64,000 nucleotides of DNA from Octopus bimaculoides (lineage: Eukaryota): contig NC_068993.1 in the NCBI RefSeq assembly GCF_001194135.2, forward strand, positions 36,389,048 to 36,453,047. Direction: 5' to 3'. Shown here in pieces: positions 36,784-50,707 of the stretch. A model generated the notes under the pieces. It was not told the DNA's origin and ran no database searches. It worked only from the letters and a program-made list of their open reading frames with translations. Position 1 is the first letter of the stretch. Each line of letters starts with the position of its first letter. Made by a program: the position numbers and the translations under genes.

Positions 36784-39692
36784 GTGTTAATTTAAATTTG
36801 GCTATGGTGGATCGAATCCACTCCATCACATGCAAGATCCACTACATATGTACAGCAATCCAATAAATAATTTGTAATATTTTTTATTTGTTTTCATTTT
36901 TTTAATCCAACAGAGTTCTTGTAAAATTTTTGAGCCTCTTTAGATTTAACAAGCCATTAAATTTAACTGAGATACTCTTAATCTACGGCGGCCCTTTTAA
37001 GCCTGGGGGCCCTCTTCAAACTGTTTGAGGTCCTGAATTTAATGGGAACCTCTTTATTTTGTTTGGAATTAGCTCTTTTAAGTCGTGTCTTTTTAAAAAT
37101 ACTTTGAGTGCGTTTTTTTTTTTTTTTTTTTTAAATACGTTCTTCTGCGAGCATGCAAAATCGTAAGGGCCCCCAAAACCCGTTGGCCAAGAGGCCTTAC
37201 AATCGACTATACACCCACTTACCTAACATATAGAGGATTTAATTAATGCGTAACATATCTTGTAATAAATACGGTAAAGCAAGAAGTTGATATACGGTTA
37301 TTTGTCAGGAGTTATGTCACTAATGGCTATAGTTCAAGACATGGTTGTTGCAGTAACTATACACACACACAAACGCTAGGATCTTTGTACTTTAATCAAA
37401 AGAAAGCAAAACTTACTTTTGTTTGTGATGAAGATTGTTATGCGAGACATCCCCACAATGAACCGGGTCTATGACCTGGTTTCGATGACTGATTTAAGAC
37501 AATTCATTTCATTGTGTTCTTAATGCAAGTCACAAAAGCATAAAGTGACACAAACATTCCATCTTCTATAAATCTGAATTCTTGTGAAGTGGCATAGCCA
37601 AGTGGTTAGGGTGTTGGATTCAGATCTTAAGCCAACCAATAACTTTATTTCTTTAAAGGAGGAGTTGGGATAGCCATGTGATTAGAGAGTGTACTTTATA
37701 ATCACGTGATTGCAGGCTTGATCCCATTTTGTGCCACGGCTTCCACTATACGGGTGTCTGATATTGATCTAAGTCTTGTAAGTGATGAAATTGAATAGAA
37801 GAAAACTGTGGAAAGAAATTCATATGGTGCACAGTTATTCCTGAGTAGTAGACTGTTTCATTGTGCTTAACATCACCATCTTACCAATAGTTGCATTTAG
37901 CGGAGTTTACTACATTGCAAGGCTTCATTCCGCAGTCTTTGCTTTCAAGATTGTCATACTCCCTGCTTCAACAATCTGTAAGTTGTAATTAATCCCTTCA
38001 TTTTTGTGTCGCCTGTCTTCGCGAATCTAAATAGAAAAAAGAAACGCACTTTGTCTCTGACTAACACATAAAACTTCATAAAGGCCATACGATTTATTAG
38101 AGGAAGTGTAACTCTCCTGCTTTTTGTGACGCTCTTGGCAAAAGAAACCAATAATGAATTCATCTATCTCATTGCCGTTGATTCAAAGTAACATTCATCT
38201 TTGTACTGAACATTTAACACTAAAAAATAGGAAGAAATAACTTAAAGATAAACAATAACGTGGCTGGTAGAGGCGGCATTTTTATGGGGACAGTTCTTTC
38301 GGGCCTGCTATATTAGCCTGAATAGCATTGGAGACCCGAGTTGGAGCGGCAGTCTCAAGAGCTGCTCCGGGCAGCAGACATTCTAGCTACGCCACTGAAG
38401 ACAATAATTTAGTTAATCCAAGTTTCATTGGCATTATAGAAGTTAGAGATATTCGAGGCATTCCAACCACTTAGATTAATTATGGCAGTGTTAATGATTC
38501 AACAAAAACTTCGCTTACATGTTTTTATTTTAGCATGAGTTAGCTTGGTGGTGCTCATATCTCTAAAAGTTATAAACCATAGGGAGAATTTGAGCTCGAC
38601 AACGCAGCTCACGAAACGCTTAAAAATTATACACTGTTTCCGCCCCTCATCGTTCACGAAACACTCGTTAAATATACACTTATGTGCCATTGAAACTTGA
38701 ACTTTGTCCTATAGTTTCTGATTCACATTGCCTTCTTTTTAAGGATTTTGCAAATAAGCAGCGATAAATGTTAATAGATTAACTATGTACTGAATGTTAA
38801 GGAACTATAGAACAGAGAAAGACCCCGGGGTTCGCGATTCGATTTCAAATGCTCGTTGTCGTTTTAGCATTAATTGCGTTACTTATGTTGTTGGGAAGTT
38901 ATTTCGATGTGTTTTCTCTCCACTTTTCATTTTCATATCAGGATTTATGCATATGGATTCATGGAATTAATATCTGTGAATCCTAAAAGGATTCATATTT
39001 GAATTTGAACTTGACAACGCAGCTCACGAAACACTCGTTAGTTGCTCAGTTCCCTACCGACCTCTTATGAAATATTCATTGGTTATACACCCACCCTTCC
39101 CCGCACATGAAATACACATTAATTATATTCTACTCCCCTCGCCGCTCACGAAGCACTCGTTAATTTTCTCTGCTGTTCATTTTCATTTCAGGATTCACAC
39201 ATATAAACACACCGTGTTGCTCAATTAACATGGAGAAAATAGAAGCCTAGTTGCATCGATTTACACACAATGCATACTTTATGTATAAAGTTGTTGATGC
39301 TTAACCCAAGATCAGTCCTAACCGAGCAGGCCTAAAATCTCTTATCAAAAGCGTTGCAGCTGTAACCAACGCATATCTATTTTAGGCTTAGTTTATCTAG
39401 GTTTATACTTCGATTTACCCCACACCCTACATTCACTAAAAACAGAATTTATTTACTTGTTTTATTCTACAATTTAACGAGGAATAAATCTTCTTTCCGA
39501 TACTGGATAATAAACACAAGGGAGATAATTAAACAGTTATAACAGTTATCTTCCTTGTAATTTACATTTAATTTAAAGGCAGCTTGTCTCATCAAATATT
39601 TGGGTTTTCAAAGCTGAAATTCATACGATACTGTTCAGGTATTTCTTAAATTACGTGGGTTGTTTATTAAATCAAAATATGATAAACAGTTT

Positions 39693-40055
39693 GCACAGGC
39701 GTGCCTATGTGGTAAGAAGTTTGCTTCCTAACCACATCGTTCTACGTTCAGTCCCACTAAATGTCACCTTGGGCAACTGTCTTTTACTATTGCCTCGGGC
39801 AGACCAGACCCTTGTGAGTGGTTTGTTTAACGGAAACTGAAAGAAGCCCGTCGTGTGTGTGTGTCCACCACCACCGCTTGACAACTAGTGTTAGTGTGTT
39901 TAAGTCCACGTAGCTTAGCAGTTTGGCAAAAGAAACTGATAGAATAAGTACCAGGGTTTCTAAAAAATATGTACTGGGATCGAATCATTCACTTAAAATT
40001 CAAGTTGATGCCCCAGCCTGGCCTCACTCCAATGACTGAAATAAGTAAAAGATAA
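39693..40055 (+). mobile_element. SINE family A
   Basis: Matches 857-1333. Confidence 0.8.
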
Positions 40056-40401
40056 ATAATTTTTAAACAATAAAAATTTCAATTTTTTATTCTCATTCAA
40101 AGCTTATCTTACAAAACAACAATAGACCTAGATATAACAATGAATAGTTGTTGGGGATTAAATATTTATGAGAAATAATTATAAAATATGACAAAGTATA
40201 TGAAATTGACAGGTCCTTGGGGTGTCTTTTTCTGTAAATTTCAGAGAACAATGCTGCTACCCATATTTGTATATATTTCTCCAAATCCATTGAAGCTAAC
40301 TATCTGCAAGATTCAGTTACATTCTGAGGCTCTTCTGTATCTTCATGTATAGCAAACTTGTGATTTATATATTAAAATGCACCTCTAGGATTTTATTAAG
40401 A

Positions 40402-40695
40402 AACTAGCTGACCATGTGCTGTCAGTAATGATGGCTAATTGTAGTATTTTATATATAATGTACAAAATAAGGTAAATAATAATCAGATACATTTACATAT
40501 ACTCACAGTTGAAACACATTTTTTTCACCCCTTCCTTCCTTATTCATCTATCACCCCTTCCTTTCTCTCGTTGCTATTACTTTCTCTCACACCCTCTGTC
40601 AGGGCTATTACTCTCACTACTTCTCCTTCACTGAATTATTATTTTCTCTCCTCTTCTGTGTCCGGCATGATTCTGGACAAATATATGTATGTATG

Positions 40696-40728
<33 letters not shown>

Positions 40729-40792
40729 ATATATATGTATGTATGTATGTATATTTCTTTCTCCTACAGAAAAGAAGCTTGAAACATAATAT
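40402..40792 (-). mobile_element. Non-autonomous Helitron-like element
   Basis: Minus-strand end CAGCTAG|T; 40565-40655 matches 56800-56890 next to the Helitron ORF start (CTCGTTGCTATTA..GGCTATTACTCTCACTACTTCTCCTTCACTGAATTA). Confidence 0.55.
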
Positions 40793-40951
40793 AGCGTAAC
40801 TGAAATTGTTAGCATGGCCTATTTGTTGAAGATATGAAAAAATCCTTTTGATTATATTTCAATATGTATTTCAATACATATCTCCTAACATAATAATGAG
40901 CGTAGTGTTATATATATATATTTATGTATATATATATATATATATATATAT

Positions 40952-41096
40952 TGGTTGGCGTTAGGAAGGGCATCCAGCTGTAGAAACTCTGCCAAATTTA
41001 GATTGGAGCCTAGTGTTGCCATCCGGTTTCACCAGTCCTCAGTCAAGTTGTCCAACCCATGCTAGCATGGAAAGCGGACGTTAAATGATGATGATG
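40952..41096 (+). mobile_element. Short RTE-tail element (family C)
   Basis: GGTTGGCGTTAGGAAGGGCATCCAGCTG..CCCATGCTAGCATGGAAAGCGGACGTTAAATGATGATG; same 3' end as RTE at 57600-57717; antisense copy at 63790-64000. Confidence 0.8.
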
Positions 41097-42099
41097 TTAG
41101 GAGATATGCATTGAAATACATATTGAAATATAATCAAAAGGATTTTTTCATATCTTCAACAAATAGGCCATGGGTGTGCGTTCGCACGCGCACGCGCGCG
41201 CGCGCGCACACATTACAGAGTAGACTGTTACTTCGTTTCATCAAAATTGGCTCTTCAAACAGTGGCAATATCACAAAATAAGAGTGAAAGACATAATAGG
41301 ATTGCTGGTTATAAAAATCGATCATCATTTTTATATTGTGAGAAATATGAGCAAACCTCATATTTATTAATTAAAGAAAACTAATTAATTAAAATACAAA
41401 CAAAAACAAATGGAAAGCATTATCAATGATCTAAACAGTTTTCCAAATTTGACAATTTCAGAATTGTATCTATCGAGTTTATATTTCAAAGATGTGAAAT
41501 CTTGATATTAAAATCATTGTGAGTGTATGCGCAGTTGCTAATAAGCCAAATTACTAACATGCAATATTGAACTAGCTAAAAGATTCCTGTAAAGTAATAA
41601 TTGAACAAAAAAAAAACACTGTAGTGATGAAGCATTGTGTATGGTTTAGCTTATATATTAAGTTTTTAATGGTCATTGAAACCGGTGTAAAGATATTATG
41701 AGTAAATAATTTCAAACTTCATGTAACTTATAAGCACTACAAAAAAAATGAGGCATCAAATGTAATTGATTTGAAATCAAATAATAAAAGTACTCATGTA
41801 TATATTTACTCTTTGATTTAATACATACATATCATCATAGTCATTTAACTTACTTTTCTATGCTTGCATGGATCAGATGGATCACTGAGGTTGATTTTCT
41901 ATGGCCTGATACCCTTTCTATTATCAATCCTTACCTATTTTCAAGCAAAGTAATACTTCTCTAAGGCCAGGCAATCTTCTTGGAAGACTGGACCTGAAGG
42001 ATACCAGCGTATGATGATTACTCTTGCTTACAAATACTGCAGATGTCAAGATAAGGAGAGACATGCATCCATGCTTACACATATACATGTAATTAAATA

Positions 42100-42143
<44 letters not shown>

Positions 42144-42479
42144 GTGTGTATGTATGTGTATACTCACACACATGAGCATGCATACAGAATTACTATTACA
42201 ATACCACTTATAAGATTCTAAAGCTATAGCTACGAAACCGAAATAAACCGAAAACAAGACATTATAGTAAAGATTATTTGCCAACTTAATGTGGCAACCC
42301 CATTTGGGATGAATGCTACTGTTGTTTAGCCCCAGGAGACATCATCTCCAACTGGCTATACAACACATGATCTGTGCCCTTATATTTTCGAACAGAGGAA
42401 TTAAAATATGTTGGAAATAGATTAAATTAACAAATCAAGTTCTAAATGTGTGTGTGTGTGTGTGAATAATAATAATAAT

Positions 42480-43190
42480 TAGCCTTTCTACTATAGGCAC
42501 AAGGCCTGAAATTTGGTGGAGCGGGTGGGAGGATAGTCGATTACATCAACATTAGTGGTCAACTGGTACTTGCTTCATCAACCCCCAAAAGGATGAGAGC
42601 AAAAGCCAACCTCAACAGGGATTGATCTCAAAACATAAAATCAGAAGGAAATACCACTTAACAGTTTGTCCAGTGTGCTAATTATACTGCCAGCTTTCTG
42701 CCTGCTTGATAATAATAATAATAATAATTATTATTGTTATTATTTTTTATTTTTGGTACAAAGCTAGTAAATTTGAAGAAAGGAGGAATCAATTAAATCA
42801 ACCCCAGTGTCTAACTGGTACTTAATGCATCAACCCCGAAAGGATAAAGGGCAAAGTCAACCTCAGAAGATTTTGAACTAGGAACATAAAGCTTGAAGAA
42901 ATGTTACAAAGCATATTGTCCAGCATCCTAATGATTCTGCCAGCTTGCTATCATCTTAATAATAATTCTTTCTGCTAAAGGCACAAGGCCTGAAGTTTTG
43001 AGGGAGGGCACAAGCCTATGAACATCACCCCCAGTGTTTCACTGGTACTTCATTTATTGACCCCAAAAGCATGAAAGGCAAAGTTGACTTCAGCGATATT
43101 TCAACTCTGAACAAGATGGACAAAATGCTGCTGAGCATTTTACCCAGTATGCTAAAGATTCTGCCTGCTTGCTGCTTTAATAATAATAAT
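42480..43190 (-). mobile_element. Three tandem CpG-decayed family B SINEs separated by (AAT)n
   Basis: Three AAAGGAT..AAGGCAAAGTCAACCTC cores. Confidence 0.8.
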
Positions 43191-43236
43191 AATAACTTAG
43201 TAGTCTATTAAAATTCAGTTTATAATTACACCTTAA

Positions 43237-43459
43237 CCCATTAACTCCCACTGCCCTATAAATAGGACACTAACTGAGAACATTAAATAAGCTATATCAC
43301 ATTGTCTTAGTGTCCTATTTATAGGACACCAAGTATTTCCATTTCTACTTGAAGTAAAGGAATTTTAATAATTATTTTTTTCATTTTAACCTATTTTCAA
43401 TCATCTGTAAAAATTTAAAAGTAATATTCAGAAATTTATGTACTCTGGGACTTAATGGG
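43237..43459. mobile_element. piggyBac-like MITE
   Basis: TTAA|CCCATTAACTCCCA ... TGGGACTTAATGGG|TTAA; internal 18-bp inverted repeat CTATAAATAGGACACTAA. Confidence 0.75.
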
Positions 43460-43642
43460 TTAACAATCATTTCTATTAAAGTAAAAATAATTTACTATCA
43501 GATAATGGGATATCATTATGGATTAATATTAATTGCATGCATGTATTTGCTGTTTTACATTTTTGAAATATTACTTAATAACTGTTCTTAATCTGGACCC
43601 AAAGCAAACTACTTTGAGAAGGTTTGGGGGTTTACTCTAAAC

Positions 43643-44024
43643 CAATGACTCTTAACTGGGGTCTACAGGACAATTCAAAAGTCGCCATACATAAGAACAA
43701 TTTATTTTTTTTATAAGAAACAGTTTTTTTTTTTTTATTTAACTGTTTCCTATAAAAAAAAAAAAATTTCCTATGTATGGTTACATTTGAATCACCCTGT
43801 ATATGGCCCCAGATGGTCCACATAAGATTTTGGTGTTAAAGTTTATGCAATAAATTGGTTATACTTCTACAACACACAAAATATTTTCACAATTTTTTAA
43901 TACAATTTCTAATATTTAATTATAAGAATATATGATTTTTTAAACATCGAATGGCTTTGAGAATCCATCTGAATAAAATAGGAATCAAAGGAGTCCATAG
44001 ACAAAAAATGGTTAAGAAATACTG
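43643..44024. mobile_element. hAT-like MITE hosting a Tc1/mariner MITE
   Basis: CAATGACTCTTAAC / GTTAAGAAATACTG termini; decayed 8-bp flanks. Confidence 0.5.
43666..43799. mobile_element. Tc1/mariner-type MITE
   Basis: TA|CAGGACAATTCAAAAGTCGCCATACATA ... TATGTATGGTTACATTTGAATCACCCTG|TA. Confidence 0.7.
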
Positions 44025-44259
44025 CTTTATATTAATGATTCTTTATACTTGACCGGTACTTTATTTTTGTCAACTCTGAAAGGATGAAGAGCAAGATAGC
44101 TGTGATGGGTTTAAACTTAGAATGTAAACAGTGTAAATTAAATATCACAAGGCATTTTGTCTGATGCTCTAATGATTCTATCAATCAATCAACCTGAAAT
44201 ACTAATGATGATACTTGAATATGCTCCAGAAATTTAGAGCTGAATTTAAAAAAAAAAAA

Positions 44260-44610
44260 GTGTGGTAAGAAGCTTGCTTCCCAACTACATGGTTCTGAGT
44301 TCAGTCCCGCTGCATGACACTGTGGGCAAGTGTCTTCTACAAGTCTCGGATTAACCATAGCCTTGTGAGTGGATTTGTTAGACGGAAACTGAAAGAAGCC
44401 AGTCGTGTGTCTGTCTGTCTCCTACCACTGCTTGACAACCGGTGTTAGCATGCTTACATCCCTGTAACTTAGCAGTACGGCAAAAGACCTATAAAATAAG
44501 TTTTAGGCTTTAAAAGATAAGTCCTGGGGTCGATTTGTTTGACTAAAATCCTTCAAGGCAGTGCCCCAACATGGCCACACTCAAATGACTGAAACGAGTA
44601 AAAGATAAAG
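44260..44610 (+). mobile_element. SINE family A
   Basis: Matches 857-1333. Confidence 0.8.
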
Positions 44611-45914
44611 ATTTATGAGCTTTACATTATTTCTTTAATTACTTTCGTTTTTGCTTTTTTTTTTCTTCATTCTTCCCTTTTTGTATTTGTTTTTGAATGA
44701 TGTTAAAGAGCCTACTCGCATATTCCTTAAAATATATAAATACTGATTAATTTTTATGATTAATACTATTCTGCTTGTCATTACAAGAATTCATAAGTTA
44801 TACTATGCTTACGAAGGGAAATAACCCTGCTTAGATCTTCCACTTATTATCTCTACGCGTCAGACAGGACAGTAGGACAGCAAGAGAGAGGAGGAGGTAA
44901 TAAATTGGAGGGAGGAGGCAATAGTTTAAATGAGTAGAAAATAAAATGCTAAGTTATGCTTAACATTCCTTATACTAGTCAGAGCAGTAGATTGGTACAC
45001 GTTTTAGAATATTCGACAAAATGCCTTGCAGCTGTAGTTATGTTCTAAATTTAAATCCTGATAAGTGTGACAATGTTTTCATGCTTCTGGGGACAATAAA
45101 ATAATTTTTAGTCATATACTGGTGTGAATTAAATCAGCTACTCCATAAATTCTAATTTTTCAACAAACACAATTTGATATCAAGCTCATTATCATTAAAA
45201 TATTTAACATAATGTAACAATATCATGAAAGTATATAAATTTATGCATCGAAATAAATAAAAGAACAACTCCATAAAACAGGATATTTCCATGGGTCCCC
45301 AGTATGTACACAACTAATCTTATATTTTTTTTTTTTTTTTTTTTTTAAGAGATAACTTTAAATATTTCTAATACTGCCACTGTTTGATAAGTCAGTTTTG
45401 GGTGAAAGTTTTGAAGTAACTGTCTTTAGTGTCTAATCAGTAAATCAAAATTTTACTCTCAGTATTGACTCATTCATTCAGTTAGTTTCTGTACTTTTAA
45501 TTTTTGAATTTAAAGAACACTTATTGTTGGGGACCCAGCCAACCACTCCTTTCTATCTCTCTACCCTGTCAAGTATCCTCCACCCCACCCAATTCTCATC
45601 TCCCAACACCTAGCACTCCTTATGGTACCACTCAGCTGCTTTGACCACCTGAGAGCAGAATCAGCACATATTGCATCCCATCCTTTCTGCAGGTTATCTC
45701 CCTCTCCCACCCCACCTTCAGAACCACTTCCATTCCCCATTATCATCCTTGCCCAATCACCTCCTTGCTGTGCCTTCAGCCACTGCTCTCTCTCTCCCCA
45801 CACCACTATACACCATTCTTAACATCTCTTATCTGCTACTATTCTCAGTACCTTCTCATATCTATCATCATGCCCCACTTACTATAGCCCCTTATCTATC
45901 TATCTATCTATCTA

Positions 45915-45961
<47 letters not shown>

Positions 45962-46699
45962 NNNNNNNNNNNNNNNNNNNNNNNNNNNNNNNNNNNNNNN
46001 NNNNNNNNNNNNNNNNNNNNNNNNNNNNNNNNNNNNNNNNNNNNNNNNNNNNNNNNNNNNNNNNNNNNNNNNNNNNNNNNNNNNNNNNNNNNNNNNNNNN
46101 NNNNNNNNNNNNNNNNNNNNNNNNNNNNNNNNNNNNNNNNNNNNNNNNNNNNNNNNNNNNNNNNNNNNNNNNTATATATATATATATATATATATATCCC
46201 TCTCCACTGCTCCTACACCTTGCATATGATCTCACTGCTTTCTGAACTATTCTTCTTCCTGACCCACTCCTATATCTTTCACCTGACCTCTCCATTCTGG
46301 CATTTCCTTTCAGCTACTTCCACTCTTGTTCCTCACTCACTACATTCACCTCTACCATCATCTTTAACAATGTTACCCCCACTTGTCCTCTTATGAAAGT
46401 ATCCACCCTTTCATCCCTTCCTATGACCCACTGTTTGTATCCTCTCTTATGTTCACTCTCTTGTGCCTTGAGAGTGTGCTCTAGCACCTCTCACAACCTT
46501 TTGTTTCCTTCAGCCATGTTTCACCTCTACAGTAAGACACCTCTGCTTGTCACACTATCTTACTTTAGCCTTTCAACACTTGGCATAAAGTCATCCACTG
46601 CCACCTTCCTCATTCAAACACTCCCCTCTTAGTAGTATGAGCTTTTTTCTTTTTTCCCTGTTCTCTTCCTGCCTTGCAAGTTTACACAGCAGCCTCACA

Positions 46700-47160
46700 A
46701 CTGCCAATGGCACAAAAAGCTCCTGATACACTCTATAAAGTGGTTGGCATTAGGAAGGTAATCCAGCCACAGAAACTATACAAAATCTGATATCAGAGCT
46801 CAACATGGCCTTGCAGCTCACTGGTACCTGTCAAACTATCCAACCCATGCCAGCATAGAAAGTGAATGTTGAATGATGACATATACACAATTTACCCCTC
46901 GCTATTCTTCATCTCCTAGCATAAAGCTACCCTCCTCAGGGTCCATATGCTTGCATGGTGACTCACAAATGCCGATGGCATGAAAAAAGCACCAACACAC
47001 ATTGTCAAGTGGTTTCCATTAGGGAGGGAAACCAACTGTAAAAGAACATGTCAAAACAGATACTGGAGCAAGATGCAGTCCTTGGGCGCAGGAGATCCTC
47101 TCAAATCACTTTACTCATGTTAGCAGCATGGAACATGGATATTAAATAATGATGATGATG
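46700..47160 (+). mobile_element. Two tandem RTE-tail (family C) elements
   Basis: GTGGTTGGCATTAGGAAGG..AACCCATGCCAGCAT..GATGA and a second decayed copy. Confidence 0.65.
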
Positions 47161-47904
47161 ACATATATATAGTCATTACTCCTAATCAAAAATTATTTGG
47201 TATCAGCATATGCCATGATTTTACTAATGGTTTTAGGTATTCTTAAAGTTACAAACATCCTCTCAGCCTTTCTACTCTTGATTTCTCTCCCCTTAAAGAC
47301 AGAGGGAAGGAGAGAGAGAGAGGTGGGAGGGAGGAGGAGAGTTGCTGGTATCCTATTGGCTCTAAAAGGATGATGTATTGGGCAAATATTTTCTACAGCC
47401 TTAGATCAACCCATACTTTGTGAATGTATTTGGGTAAACAGAAACCATATGGAAGAGCATCCATCTGGAGAATTAGACATGTAATTCAGAGGTATAGCCT
47501 CGTCATACACTGTATCATATTGATTCTGTCTCGGAATTACATTACAAATACATGGGTCAGAGGGATACTCAGCCACTGCATACACATTTAGTACACACAC
47601 ACACACATACATATATACACATTAATTCAGTTGAACACACACACACACACACAATGTATATACAGGATTATACACTTCAATGAAGAAATGGTTCCAAAAT
47701 GTCAGACACCTCTTCTTACCAATTTATCCAAACTCATTAACTTTGCTGTATAATTTTAGCTAACACAGACCACCACTAGTTCCATCAGACTCTGGCTCTT
47801 ACTCTATTGTTTATTGAACATTTTGTTCAAAATGTTATAATTTAACAGCATTTGTACAACAGTTGCCATGTTTAATTGTAGAAATCCATAAACAATAAGA
47901 TTTC

Positions 47905-48330
47905 TTTCTACTACAAGTATAAGGCCTAAAAGTTTGTGGAGAGGGGGCTTGTTGATGAGATCAACCCCAATGCTTCACTAGTACTTATTTTATCAACCCT
48001 GAAAAGATGAAAGGCAAAGTTAACCTTAGTGGCATTTGAACTTGTAGCATAAAGAGCCTGAAAAAATGCCAAGATTTTATTTCTAGCATCCTAATGATTC
48101 TACGTGCTTGCTGCCTTATAAACAATAACAATTCTTTCTACAACAGGCACAAGGCCTGAAATTTTGGAGGAGTGGGTAAGTCGATTACATTGACTCCAGT
48201 ACTTAATTGGTACTCAATTTATCAACCCGGAAAGGATGAAAGGCAATGTTTGAACTCAGAATGTAAAAACAGATAAAATGCTGCTGAACATTTTGGCCAG
48301 TGCACAAACGACTCTGCCAGCTTGCTACCT
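47905..48330 (-). mobile_element. Two tandem CpG-decayed family B SINEs
   Basis: AAGATGAAAGGCAAAGTTAACC and AAAGGATGAAAGGCAATG cores. Confidence 0.75.
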
Positions 48331-48379
48331 TATAAACAATAATGATAATATTAGCATAACAATATCATAAATTCATTTC

Positions 48380-49450
48380 ATGAAATATTGGAATCTATGA
48401 TTGTGGTTTCTGACTTAGCAAATGAAGTTAGTAGGAAAAAAACTCCTAAGTGAAGAACAGGAATAAGGCAAGAATGCATAATGTCATCTCTGCTCTTCAA
48501 GACTGGGTGATGCAATAAACAACTGTATATCAACCTTGGGGCATTCAAAAGATTCCCTCTCAAAACAGGAAGTTTTTTAACTTGAGAGACAGCCTTGCAT
48601 TTCTCACTCAGACCCATCATCACATGCAGGACAGAACATAAGGATGACTCAGCAGCTTTGCCCAGCAGATTGAGATCAAAGGCCAGACATAAAAAAAAAA
48701 AGAGTAAACAGAGGTGGTGGCAATAAACATCCCAAACTTCATCAGTCATACTTAATAGGCCAGACCAACCCTCAAAGGAAGAGTCCATTTATTTGGGCTG
48801 AAGAGCAGGATGTTACGTCAAAAACTGTTTCATTGAGGCAAGAAACACGTTTAAAATGCTACACAATGTATGGAGTTCTGCTCAGTAGTGCAACAGCAAC
48901 AAACTGGGAATATATCAGAACTGCATCTTACCTACATTATGGTGCAGAATGTTCGAGGATAACAGAGAGTGACTCCACCAAGTTCTCAAACTTCCACATA
49001 AAAATCCTCAAAAGGATACTGTGGATCTTCTGGACTAACACCTTCTCCTGTCAACAATTACTTGTTTGGTGTAGATTAGCTATGGGCATTCTTTTTCAAG
49101 AAGTGAGCCACATGAGACCTGGTTCATCATCAAGCAGGCCATACTACAAAAAAAAAAATCAAGGTAATTTTTCATTAGGTGTGCCATTCAGAAAGTCATG
49201 TGAGCTGCAGTTTGCCTATAACTGGTGTAGATCACCTGACCTCATACCTTCTCCAGTCAACACTTACTTGTTTGGTGTAGAGAAAAAGGCAGGAAACCTT
49301 TAGAGGTGATGGGAATGGACTCATGTCATCTGAAGAGATTGTGATACCATCTTCACCTGGACTATTCTTTATTGGTCAATACAGGGAAGATGGCAGAGGC
49401 AAAACATGAGGAACACTTAATATCAAACAGTGGAATGGGAGAATCCAAGA
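48380..49450 (+). pseudogene. Degraded RTE LINE reverse transcriptase
   Basis: TGIRQECIMS (GVRQGC), THHHMQDRT, and YGAECSRITESDSTKFSNFHIKILKRILWIFW motifs; many stops. Confidence 0.75.
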
Positions 49451-49675
49451 CTATGAAACATCCCTGAAATATCAAATGGGCAAGAATGGCAAACCTTTGA
49501 TTTCTGTCCTACATAAGACACAAGAATAACTCAACAACTGATGTGAGGAACAAACTCGAACCAAATTATTTCATACTAGTGGGACCTGTGGAAATTTTGT
49601 GTCTTATAAATTTTCTTTTCTATTTTGATGCATAAATTTACAGAACAACATGACATTGTTTTATTATGTTATATA

Positions 49676-49885
49676 CAGGATGCAACAACAAGAACCTCTT
49701 GTTCATCATTCTCAACAAATGTTTCAACAGCAAACATACAATGTGCACCAGATCAAACCATGATGGTAACTGAAGGAAAATGGTAAAGCATTAGTAACAT
49801 GAAGACACTATTACCAGCTGCCTAACTTCACTAATGCCATTCCATTGACTGTGTACAATATAAGAGGTTCTTCTGCTGCATCCTG
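49676..49885. mobile_element. Tc1/mariner-type MITE
   Basis: TA|CAGGATGCAACAACAAGAACCTCTT ... AAGAGGTTCTTCTGCTGCATCCTG|TA. Confidence 0.75.
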
Positions 49886-50497
49886 TATTTTAATTATATC
49901 TTTTTTTTTTCCTACATTTAAAACTGTTTAATGCTTAACACTCCAACACATTAACACCATGAGAAGCAGAACAATATTAATGACAATAATTTACAATAAC
50001 ATTTTTTTTAATATCATTTACAGTTCCATAAATATGTTAGATTGAAACTTTTCTGGGTGGAATGAAAGAAACAGCTTTTAAAAACCAACAGTGAGAAAGG
50101 AAAAAAATAAACACTAGTTTAATAATTACATATAATTTTCCAATAATAACGAATGATCTATCATCAATTTATTTAATTATTTATAAATGCATCTCTATTT
50201 TTACTTCAGTGAAACAATGCTAACCAAATATTCATAATAAAAGACTTTGTTGTCCAAAATCAACTAATTATCATTTTAGTTATTCGAAACAATATTTTCT
50301 AATTCTTTCCCACAGCACCAATGTAAGAAAAGATACACTAACAAACTCTGCACCATTCACTTAAAGACATTGAAAGACAAATAATGTCTTAGGTAATTTT
50401 TCCACAAACAATAAACCATGTTTCCAAAGATATTGGGTCGCAGATTTAGCCATGGTTTGTTGTTTGAAGAAAAACAACTTGTAGAGTCACACAGTGA

Positions 50498-50707
50498 CTA
50501 CTTTATATCGCTGTAACGTCGTTTCAGTGTGCGATATTTTTTCAGCATGTATAAAGCTTCAAGTTCTTTAACAATATATTCACCACGGGCAATCATCAGT
50601 TCAATGTCCTTGGGGTCTGTCAAGTTCTGGTTCTTAAGGAAAACAGTCTTTAACTTGGTCCGGAAATAGTCATAACCTTTTGGATAATCTTTTCCCAAGT
50701 GTAATAA
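50498..50707 (-). CDS. ETFRF1: LYRM5/ETFRF1 (ETF regulatory factor 1, LYR-motif protein), last coding exon
   Basis: Acceptor ...ctattttctAG then [69 protein letters not shown], closely resembling vertebrate LYRM5 as recalled ([20 protein letters not shown]...GEFVMKELEALYFLRKYR); phase 0. Confidence 0.95.
   Translation of the reverse strand, partial: LLHLGKDYPKGYDYFRTKLKTVFLKNQNLTDPKDIELMIARGEYIVKELEALYMLKKYRTLKRRYSDIK

Larger units (their letters stand above)
11341..46172. other. Assembly gaps: 11341-12320, 16791-17123, 21856-22535, 23914-24013, 26628-27441, 29961-30127, 33576-33755, 34793-35232, 45962-46172
   Basis: N runs. Confidence 0.99.

Noticed and set aside
37940-38240. Minus-strand acceptor-like sites and open frames (IREDRRHKNEG..)
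   Set aside because: Phases could not be joined consistently; no homology recognised.
11177-46396. Long ORFs spanning N runs
   Set aside because: Artefacts of translating gaps.
49679-49765. 87-nt plus-strand exon-like segment with Q-rich frame
   Set aside because: Lies inside the TIR-bounded MITE 49676-49885.
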